Shown here one piece after another: positions 13,191 to 22,610 of a DNA stretch of 64,000 nt (the first letter of the stretch is position 1; every line of letters starts with the position of its first letter). Where the stretch lies: the NCBI RefSeq assembly GCF_030144855.1, contig NC_082714.1, positions 94,736,001 through 94,800,000 of the forward strand, written 5' to 3'. Below the pieces are notes generated by a model. The model had not been told where the DNA came from and did no database searches. It saw nothing but the letters and a program-made list of their open reading frames with translations. The position numbers and the translations under genes are program-made. The DNA is from Hypanus sabinus (lineage: Eukaryota).

Positions 13191-13740
13191 AAACGGGATG
13201 AAGATGCAGTGGGATGTTTATCTCTCCTCCAGTAACATTTGTCTAGCACGTCCACCGGGTCCCCTCTGTTAAAACACTGAACAGCCAATATTGCATTATT
13301 TAATTCCTCATTTGTTCCCCCAAATTGTTGTTGCATATCTGGCAAAGGTGAGTGCGTATTTGGATGCAAAAACATTATAATTAATTTTCTTTCCTCAGCG
13401 TCATCTAGGCCGTGTATTATTCTCTGATGACTTGAAACAGTTCCCGAGGGTTTCTTCCGAACCCATGTGTCCTGATGGCTTTAGCAATCTATCTCAGTCG
13501 CTGTACTCCAAACGGAGTGCAGTATGAATGTATTCTGTTTGATTCTCTGTCCAGATTCTAACCCCCGTGACAGTAACCAGGGCAGCCGGTCTGCCGTTGG
13601 AACCGACGATTAGTTAGTATTGTATACCAGCGGAGGATCCTCAAAAGAAAGCGCTTCATCGTTATCATAACACCCCTGATGGTATCATCTGCCAAATGTG
13701 TCCAATACATATCTGCATAAACATTTTTCACTCTTCTTTC
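13150..13740 (-). pseudogene. Gag/capsid-like remnant
   Basis: ORF 13082-13375 TNEELNNAILAVQCFNRGDPVDVLDKC..HPTASSSRLWLVFQEVYG lies directly upstream of the protease; position-based call, C-terminal Gag seems deleted. Confidence 0.55.
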
Positions 13741-14039
13741 AGATCCAAAAGTACATTCTATTCCTCTCTGTGTAGCAAGTTGATCCTGTAGCTTTTGTAT
13801 ATGAGTGAAGCACTTCGTATAATCACTAGTCTTCGTTTACTTTTCAGAAACTGATTTCTGTATCACAATTCAGCTGTTTTGAAATGATTACAATGATTGC
13901 TCAGTGTTGGAGTGAATGAAGTTGAGTGAAGTTGTTCTCTCCGATTCAAGAGTCTGATATTTGAAGAATGATAACGGTTCCTGAATCCAGTGTTCCGGGA
14001 CTCATTACTTCCTTCTTATCGCAGCAACGAGAAGACAGC

Positions 14040-14520
14040 ATGGTCTGGATGGTCATTGATAAAGGATGCTGCTTTCATGTGATAGATTCCCCTTACAGAT
14101 GCTTATCAGTGGGGAGGGTTTTATTCGTGATGTAGTGGGCTGTAACCACAGCTTTTTGCGGGTTCCTACGTTCGAAGGCATTGGTGCTCCCATACCAGGC
14201 CGGGATACAAACAGTGAATGTGCTCTCTATCGTGTATACTTTGACGTCCCTGAAAGCTTTAGATGGCATGCCGAATCTTCGCAAACTTCTGAGAAATCCG
14301 AGGCGCTACCGTGACTGCTTGGCAATGTCTGTGAACAGCTGGACCCAGCAAAGAGCTGAAAACGCCGAGGAATTTAAATCTGCTGGCCTTCTTCACCTCT
14401 GAGCTTATGGGGTCTGGTTCAGGTACCTCCGGCTTCCTCTTCTCGTAGTCAATAAGCAGCACTTCGTCTTCACTGACTTCAGTGTGAGATTGTCGTTGTC
14501 GCTGCATTAAACCAGTTAAG
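14040..14520 (-). mobile_element. Rex1/Babar-type LINE fragment
   Basis: ORFs 14093-14284 (IESTFTVCIPAWYGS) and 14259-14546 (EVLLIDYEKRK..FKFLGV) resemble the Rex1 RT C-terminus. Confidence 0.7.
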
Positions 14521-15179
14521 CTCCCTGTCTTTCGCAGTCTCTCCACTTCTCCAGGGAAGCGAAAGCCACACGACTAACAGGAGTTCGATCCGAAGACCGG
14601 TGGTAGATCTATTTAGTGAGCTGCGCAGCTGGGGCAATGATCCGCGATTGGCTTGGGTAACAATGGAGCAGTTGCTTGAGTCCTATTAATGATCGCAGTT
14701 ATTTCCTTCCGTGTTCAGTAATGGAAATATTTATCGCGTTCCTCAGACTGCCATCATTATCATGTGAAAGTTTGGATGTGCTGCGGGATGGTTTAGAGAT
14801 GGAAATACACCGATACCATAATATCCCTCCTGGCTGTTCTCAAACCCTTTTGTCCATTAAGCGATTTTTAAGTTCCCTGCTCTTACTGTTACATATTTAT
14901 CGGACACAGAGCTGTGAAAGTCAACATTCCCTCCCTCTGTTGCTTCCGCTGTCTCTCTACTCTTCCCCTTAACTCATTTCACCTGTCTTTCCATTGCTCC
15001 CCTCTCCCCCTCTCTCCTTTACATTTTCTCTCTCCGTTTTCCTTCAGAATTGTAATTTTACAATCTCTACCATCAATCAATTTCATCGCTTATAGCAGCA
15101 GTTTGTGAAAACGTTTACATTCAAACATCAAATTTCAGACTTTTTGTATTCCTGTTATGGCAGTTTCTGATTTAGAAAG

Positions 15180-15560
15180 TTGTTTAGAATTTCAACTGCA
15201 TATTTCCACCAACCTTCATACCCAGCCCCTCCCCGTAATCCAGTGACCGTGCCACCTGCACCGCTTCACAGACAAAGGCAGGAAAACGGTAATTTGTATA
15301 ACTACTGTTAAATAAAGGCTGTACCAACTCTGCGTGATCCCCATGGGCTGACGACGCGGTTAGCAGCTGCATTGCATCAGTGCCGCTCACAACACAAGCA
15401 ATTCGACACTTTGTATCATCTTGAGGGAGGGGTTGACTGGACTGACCTGTGTCTGGAAGGCAGGATGGGTTTGAGAGCAAATAAGCACATCCCAACTTAT
15501 TATCAACTCGTTTTCTAGATTCCAGTCACAATATACAGTAATCCAATGTGAGATAAGCGT
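15180..15560 (+). promoter_or_regulatory. Conserved upstream non-coding block of IgL cluster 1 (candidate enhancer)
   Basis: Collinear with 44670-45090; shares GCCACCTGCAC (15251-15261), TAAATAAAGGCTGT.CCAAC (15309-15328), CAGCTGCAT and ACTGGACTGACC.GTGTCTG. Confidence 0.55.
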
Positions 15561-16741
15561 CAGAAGAACATGCCTTATACAACTCAAACTGCAGAATATT
15601 AATCGATAAAATTTCGCAAATCAGCATAAGCCAATGTTTCACAGTGGCTCTATGAGATAACCGTGAATTTAAGCCGAACATTTATTTGGGGGAAAAAAAG
15701 CTTCTTTTAACCAATTACACAAAATTCAACTATCAGTGTATAGCTGCAGGAGTGAAGGGTGGATGAGGCTGAACTAAAACATGGACAACTGAATCCGCAG
15801 TAAGGTCTCACACAGGATCCGTTTTCGGTCACATCCTTCAACAGAGTGAGGATTTGAATTAGATTCAGGTTTGACGTTACGGGTTTATGTCGTGAACTTG
15901 AGGGCCATATTTAATGTATCCATCTATATATCTCCCCATCTATCCTTCTATTTACCCTTATACACCGCACGGGAAAGGTTAGAGGGCTAGGAAACTATTT
16001 TTAGGAGTAACTGAGGAAAGATTTAACCAAGATTATAGAGTGCTAAAGACCTCATTAAAATGAGCAGAGTCTGAAGGTCATCAAGCCTGTACCGAACTAT
16101 TAGTATGGTTAGTCCAATCATTCAGCACTCCCCATACCCTCCATTCCATGAACTTATCGAAAATTTTCTTAAATGCTGAAATCGACCTGCATCCACCACA
16201 TGCTCTGGTTACTCTTCATACACTCTCAACATCCTTTGCGTAAAGAAGTTTCCCCTCGTGTTTCCCTTCAATATATCATTCACTCTGATGTTATGACATC
16301 TAGTTGTAGATGCACCTAACATCATTTAGAAAAAAAAGGCAATCTATATTTAACCTACCTATATCCCACCAGGGTGGCGTGGTAGGAACCATGAAGGCAG
16401 ACTAGAAAAGCTGCTATAAATTTGAAAACATACGTTTAAAACTCGAAAGGTTGACGTGGATGAACTTCAAGCTGAGAAAGGAAGCACTAGAATGTAAATA
16501 AATAAGGCGCCCGTGAAATTATAGAAGTGTATGAAAAAGCAAAGGAAGCTTTCTGGAAATATTCTGGAACTATAGGCCGTGGTAACCCTCTTGGCAGGCG
16601 GCATCTCTGAAATGCCGCCTGCCTTTGGAAAATAAAAAGGCACCGAAACCAAATACTTCTTCACCGTGCACGGATTTGATCGCGGATACATTTGTTCTCA
16701 TATTCCACGGTGGAACACGTTGTAGAGTCAGTGACAGAGAC

Positions 16742-16743
<2 letters not shown>

Positions 16744-16797
<54 letters not shown>
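16744..16797 (+). repeat. (GA)27 microsatellite
   Basis: Perfect dinucleotide run. Confidence 0.98.
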
Positions 16798-16800
<3 letters not shown>

Positions 16801-17409
16801 AATTTATAATTCGGAGTTTAGTAATTTAGTACAGGAAAGTAGGGAATAAGCCCCATTCCCTTTGGACAAGGAAGAAGGTGTTACGATTCTAATAACCGAA
16901 TAGCAAACATTATCTTATTTGTCACGGCGCATACTTCATGGCTATTACTACGGCGGATAAGGGTGTACTTTCTTAGGGTGGTGATGCGGGACCTGTCCAT
17001 TAGGTTATGGTTATATTGACATTTACTAGAGCAGCGGGAGCTAGTACTGACAAGTGGAGTCTCTGAAAGTAATCGAAGTATCAGATATGAGTCAGTGGTC
17101 TTAGCAGATACGTACGTCGGGTCCTGAATCAGCGTGGAGACCCTCACCCATCTCTTCCACTGAACTAATTCCACAGCCAATGGACTCTCACGTTCGCAAT
17201 GACACTTATTTATCTATCTATCTAGCTATCCATTTATTTATATATTAAACTATCAATTTAAAGATCGATTTATCTATCCACTTAATATTTACATTTCTGC
17301 ATTTATCTATTTATGCATCTATTTATGTATGCATTTATATGTTTGTCCGTTAGCTTGTATTTTCACAGTTTGTTTCACGAGTGTGCTCCCATCTGGCTGA
17401 TTTATTTCA

Positions 17410-18600
17410 CCTCTCAGTCCTGCTTTCTCCCTGTATCTCGATGCTCACACCAAGAAAGAACCTATTAATCTCTGCCTTAAGTATACCTGAAAACGGCGTC
17501 CACAGCCGTCTGTGACAACGAATCCCACAGATGAACCTCTCTCTGGCGAACTAAATTCCCTCTCATTTCCCTTTGTTCTGAGGCTATGACCTCTGGATTT
17601 AGATTCTCCTTCCATTGGAAACATCCTCTCCTTGTCCATCCTATCGATGCCTTTCAACATTCAGTTCGTTTCACTTACGTCATCACTGATTATTCTGACT
17701 TCCACAGCCATCAAAGGTTTTATCTAACAAGCCGTTTAATCCTGGAAACTACTCCCACTGCTCGAACTGAGACCACGCCAGTGTTTTCTAAAGCCGCGCT
17801 AATGCATCGCTGATTTGGTATTATGCTCCTCGTGAAATCAGTGCTAGAATTGCACTTGCATTCATCACCACCGCCTCAAGCTAAATATAAACCTTTATGG
17901 ATTCCTGCACAAGGAATCTCAAATCCCTTGGTATCTCAGATTTTTGAATTTTCTCTCCATATAGAAAATATTCCTTCTATCAATCTGCATGGCCACACAT
18001 TTCTGGACACTGTCCAAGTCCTTTTGTAGCCTCTCTACTTCCTGAACAATATCTGCCCCTCCACCAATCTTCGTATTGTCCGCAAACTCTGCAACAACGT
18101 TACCAATTCCATCATCCTGGTCATGGGCCTATAACGTTAAAAAAAAGCCGGCCACAGAACAAATCTCTGTGGAACATCACAGATCACCGGCAATCAAACA
18201 GACAAGGTTCCCTTTATTTTCATTATTTCCATCTTGTCTAATCCTTTATCTGTTTTGGTATCCTTCCTGTAGTATCATAGGCTCGTGGCTTGTTAAACAG
18301 CGTCATGTGCATTACCTTGTAAAAGGCCCTCTGAAAATATAAGTATGCACTATTTGCCAATTTTTCTCACTTACCCTGCTTGTTATGTCTTCGAAGACTT
18401 CCAACATACTTGTCAGACAAGAATCTCCCTTGAGGAAGCCATGATGACAACGGCCAATGTTGTTATGTGCCTCCAAGTACTCCAAGTACTCAGAAACCAC
18501 ATCCTTAACAATCTACTCCTACATCGTCTCTCCCACTAAAATCAGACTAAATGCTCTATAATGTCCTTTCTTTTACCTCTCCCTTTTTCAAGATATAGAG
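17410..18600 (-). mobile_element. Degraded CR1 fragments (3' end and RT)
   Basis: ORFs 17445-17660 (GIDRMDKERMFP) and 18312-18500 (HHGFLKGDSCLTSMLEVFED). Confidence 0.8.
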
Positions 18601-19329
18601 CGTGAGGCCATTAACTGTCAGAGGCTGGAAATCATATCCCTTCCTGTTAAAAGTGGCCATTGCCAGCAGTCAGATAAAGAGGCTGATCGTTACTCCTACT
18701 AGGCTTGCCTGACTATTTTCGTAGCTTGTTCCATGCCTCAGAATCTCATTGATAAAGATATTGCGAATATGGTACAACTTTTCATATGAACGGTCTCGGG
18801 CCCCGACCGGGCCCTGCATCGATGCTGCCCGTTGAGTTTCTCCAGCTCTTTCTGCATTACTCGGGATTCCAGAGTCTGCAGTCCACTGCGCCAGAAATGC
18901 AATGATTGCTTAATATCCGTAATTCTCATCTAATGATACGCAGATGTTTCTCTGCCTGGAGGAGCACCTGTTATGCATTATACTGCGTTTACTAACCTCC
19001 AGCCTGTAACGATATTGCGCACTGACCCCAACGTCTGACATGACATAAAATTCTACCCAGGCCTTTCTGAGGCTTTAGGGGGAAAGAAACAGCAGTCGAC
19101 TGTGAGTTGCGCAGTTCAGCGGCAAAATTATTTTCTAGCAAGCAAAGCAGATCATTTTTCTGCAGGAATTTCGAAACCTCAAATATGAAACAGTGCATTG
19201 ACAAGGTAATTTTCGGATGGCATAGCGACTATATGGGAATTTGATGTGACGTTGAGCAGTGTTGTTCTCAGGAAGTACTCTGAGCAGAGAAGATGGGCAA
19301 AATGTCACCATATGACCCACCCTGTTGTT

Positions 19330-19691
19330 CAATACATAAGCTGTCGATACAATGTCTATAATCAGGTCATCCTGAGTATTGTCTAAAGTTCTACAGGATG
19401 GGATCATGTGACACAACTGAAGATGACACCATTTTGAAATTAGGAGTTAAAATTTTATCTGCAACGTGGCCATTCAAAGATTCCAAAGAACGGCAATCGT
19501 CACACTCTCCCCACAACTGCTCCACCATGCTTTCCTTGGCGCCTCCCACTCATTAACATCCCACATATATAAACGGACCCGAAGACTCCTATTTGCAGAC
19601 GCTGGAACGAGAGCAGCTCCTGCATTCTGCAGATCAGCGCAAGAGTCGGTCGGAATACTTGGGCGCTCACTTTCCACACCTATCAGCAGGA
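19330..19691 (+). promoter_or_regulatory. IgL cluster 1 promoter region
   Basis: Homologous to 50130-50456. Contains CATGTGAC (19405-19412), a 23-bp block identical to cluster 2 (19537-19559), TATATAAA (19566-19573) and octamer-like ATTTGCAG (19591-19598). Confidence 0.7.
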
Positions 19692-19740
19692 ATTTCTCCA
19701 GTGCTGCATCTCCTGTGTGCTCTGCTGGTCCATTTGCCAG
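19692..19740 (+). CDS. Leader exon of cluster 1 (ISPVLHLLCALLVHLP-G), ATT in place of ATG
   Basis: Aligns codon for codon with the cluster 2 leader MSRVLPLLWALLVHLS-G; GTGAGA donor at 19741. Confidence 0.9.
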
Positions 19741-19877
19741 GTGAGAGTGGGGTTGGTTCACGCACGAACTATCCATTACAATTATAATTGTTGATGATTG
19801 TTTTTCTCGAGTTGAGCGATTGACTGGCTTCCCGTTTACTAAAAGTCACCCAGTGGTTTTATTGCGCTCTGTTACAG

Positions 19878-20231
19878 GTATCCAGGCAGTCCCTGTCCTC
19901 AGTCAAACCCCAATGGCCGCACCTGCGTCCGCGGGACAAACCGTCCGCATAGAATGCCGAATGCAGAACGGTGATGTTAGAGGTCACTGCATAAGATGGT
20001 ATCGACAGCGTTTCGGAGAGAGACCGGAGTTGGTGTTAGTACACGCTACAAGCGATGATATTTACCGAGGAACAGGGATCACAAACCGTTTTCAACCATC
20101 CAGAGGTACCTCCAGCAACAGTCTCATCCTGACCATCAGCGGTTTGGGGTCCCAGGACTCCGCTGTTTATTACTGTGCAGTGTGGGATAATGGATTTATC
20201 TTCGGTCCAGGCACTATCCTCGGTTTAAAGA
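19878..20231 (+). CDS. Germline-joined VJ exon, IgL sigma-2
   Basis: TTACAG acceptor; VPVLSQTP..IEC..WYRQ..DSAVYYCAVWDNGFIFGPGT; V and J contiguous with no RSS. Confidence 0.97.
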
Positions 20232-20408
20232 GCAAGTGACTCTCTCATTCTGTTACAAACAATTCATATTATATTCCCCAGCTTGATAAATCACCGTCCA
20301 GGAAAGTTTAACCATATCTCTGTGTAACACTTACCCAAAAGGCTGGTATATGTCTGGGGAAACGGAGTTCCAGCAACTCACCAACCCACCTCCCGTATGT
20401 GCAGGTGC

Positions 20409-20885
20409 TGTGAAATCGAGTTTATGCCTCGCGCCCGCCAACAGTATCAAACCCACAACAAATACCGTTATGAAATACACTTTAAAGAGTTTACTAAAAT
20501 TAAAAGAGTATTAGGCAATACTATATATATATATGGAAAAAAACAAAAGGAGCCAACTTATCAAAGTTAAGTCTGTTTAGTGCACTCGTTGGAGCTCAAT
20601 CAACGAACCAGTCGACCCATTCGACCGCCACGCCGTCGCACCTTGGACCACCCCGGTGGTCTTACGAGCAGTCCAGCACACGTCCACCTTCCTCGGCGTC
20701 TTCCTCGGCGTCTCCCTCACACCAAAAACCCGCGAAAACCCCTCCCCCAAGTTCCCAGCATCACAAGACACAATAACATTCCCCATTGATTAATAAATGA
20801 ATACAATTACCATATCAGCCATTCTAAAGCGAAACAACGGCGAGAGAAACACTTATCCGACAAAGAAGCATTCCTGCTCGTAACA
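20409..20885 (-). mobile_element. Probable solo LTR in the J-C intron of cluster 1
   Basis: Minus strand starts TGTTACGAG and ends CTCGATTTCACA (TG..CA termini, short terminal inverted repeat, internal AGTAAA); no counterpart in the shorter cluster 2 intron; no TSD visible. Confidence 0.5.
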
Positions 20886-22278
20886 AACCAAAGAAGCCAT
20901 TTTGAGTCACATACACAGGACATTGTACATCTGCAATGTGCGAGGCTTGATCAGTCTCAATTTTAGCAAACAATTGCGCACAGCTCATCGAGTGAGCCTC
21001 TGCAATCAAATTAATGATCGCTTTACTTGGGAATATATACTTGTTGGAAACTTCTGATTTACCTCAGTCGTTGAATCTGAACTCAATATCTTCCAACGTC
21101 CCTACTCTTTAACACTTCGAGACCCGTGCTAATTATAATTAGGCTTGGTTAATAATAATTATAATTATTATTAGTACTGCCACTTGTCACAGGCTTATCA
21201 CGCATACTGTCCATACATACCAAGTTATGACAGTGCGTCATCAGAATGCATAATAGACGTCCCGATCGTTGCTGCCGCTCCACCTCAGGCCCTCGGGCAG
21301 CCGTTTCATGCTCCTGCCACTCTGTATAAAAATGGAAGTGTACTAATCACCTCCTTTACATTCTTTCTTTCTCGGCTTAGAAAAAAAGAAAACAATCTTG
21401 ACTGTCTATCCTATCGCTGCCTCACATAATGCGTTGCAAAGTATTCATACACAATCTGTGGGTATTTTCGCCACCTTAAACAAGACAACCACCCTCCCCT
21501 TTCATTCATCACCTCTGAGAATGTGCTTGGCTTGAAAGTTCCAGAGTAGTTCTGGTGCGGGAAATCCTACATCACAGGGCAGGGTATTCACTGTTTCAAG
21601 TTAATATAATTCGCAGTTCGTGATTATTAGCCTCGTTGCTACGATCACAGCAAACAAGGGGTAAAAGCAGCAGCTTTAAAAAATAATTCAGATATGGGGA
21701 AGGTGCTGAGCAGAAGACCGGCTGGTCAGAGATTCGAGAGGGAACAAACGGGAAGGGAGTCTTGGATATCCACCGAGCTTTCCCGAACTCGGGACATCCC
21801 AAGTAGCCTTTGCTCAATCAGCAACCGAAGATGTAATGTTTTCAATGCTACTGTCGAAAGATTTTCAAGATATTGGGATTTATGAGAGAACAGCAAGGGA
21901 CTGGTCTCAACAAAGCGACCAATACATGTGGGCAGTGTGGGAGAATTAGACAATAGATTGAGCTGAGCTGTATTTATCTTTACACAATGCTGGTAGAGTC
22001 CACAATTCAGTGCTGGGGAGGGGGAGGGGAATGGACTCTAAAGCTTTGTTAAAATAAATTATGTCCCACTGTGGCTTTTGAAGTTTACGGGCACAGAATT
22101 GGGCGGTTGTAATAATCCTGGTAACCTTTAATTTAAAGGTTCTTCCCCAAGGAATTGTGCCCCGCAATTGATCCAGTGTTTCGATTAAATTGTATTAATT
22201 CCTTTAGTATTGATTCTTTCTGCAGTCAGTGCATATATTAATATCTCTATTCCGCTCTGTCTCATCTTTCAAGCACAG

Positions 22279-22610
22279 GTAGCGAATCCCGGATACCGTC
22301 GGTTGTCCTGCTCCCTCCATCTCCAGAGGAGACCAGCTCGGGTACGGCCACTCTGTCGTGCCTGGTGAGTGGCTTTAGGCCGGGCTTGGTAGCGCAGCGC
22401 TGGAGCGAAGATGGAGTCGAGACGGAGAGCGGGGTGACGACTAGCGCCATGTCCACGGACACCGACCAGACCTACAGACTGAGCAGTTACCTGCGGGTTC
22501 CCGTCGCCTGGAACAAGGGCTCGAGCTATTCCTGCAGCGTGAGTCACAGCTCGCTGAGCTCGCCGCTGCGCAACACCATCTCTTCGTCCGCCTGTGCGCA
22601 GCGAGACTAA
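22279..22610 (+). CDS. IgL sigma-2 constant exon (C1-set), cluster 1
   Basis: CACAG acceptor, phase 1; SESRIPSVVLLPPS..ATLSCLV..W..YRLSSYL..W..YSCSVSH..SSACAQRD*. Confidence 0.97.

Larger units (their letters stand above)
2050..13740 (-). mobile_element. Decayed endogenous retrovirus (gag-pro-RT-RNaseH-IN-env-like), interrupted by one L1 and two CR1 insertions
   Basis: Minus-strand domains in retroviral order: Gag-like (ORF 13082-13375), protease FWDTG (13116-13124), RT (..GFHNSP.. and decayed YVDD position about 12190-12300), RNase H VDGS (10942-10953), integrase (10124-10147 and 3430-4000), env-like (2050-3380). No LTRs recognised. Confidence 0.85.
19692..22610 (+). pseudogene. IgL sigma-2 (type I/NS5) cluster 1, germline-joined; probable pseudogene or hypomorph
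   Basis: Exons 19692-19740, 19878-20231 and 22279-22610 splice in frame, but the start codon is ATT, the J donor is GCAAGT and the ancestral TGA is CGA. Confidence 0.65.

Noticed and set aside
16625-16849. ORF with an ER repeat
   Set aside because: Translation of the (GA)27 microsatellite.
16878-17197. TGTTACG...TGACA segment as a solo LTR
   Set aside because: No TSD, no second copy in the window, no clear poly(A) signal; left unassigned.
19474-19776. Antisense ORFs sharing VNEWEAP.K.W (19474-19776 and 50226-50498)
   Set aside because: This is the reverse reading of the conserved 23-bp promoter block; the rest of the two ORFs is not conserved in frame.
20180-20186. Cryptic heptamer TACTGTG at the end of V1
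   Set aside because: Explained by Tyr-Cys-Ala codons; cluster 2 has TACTGTT; no nonamer.
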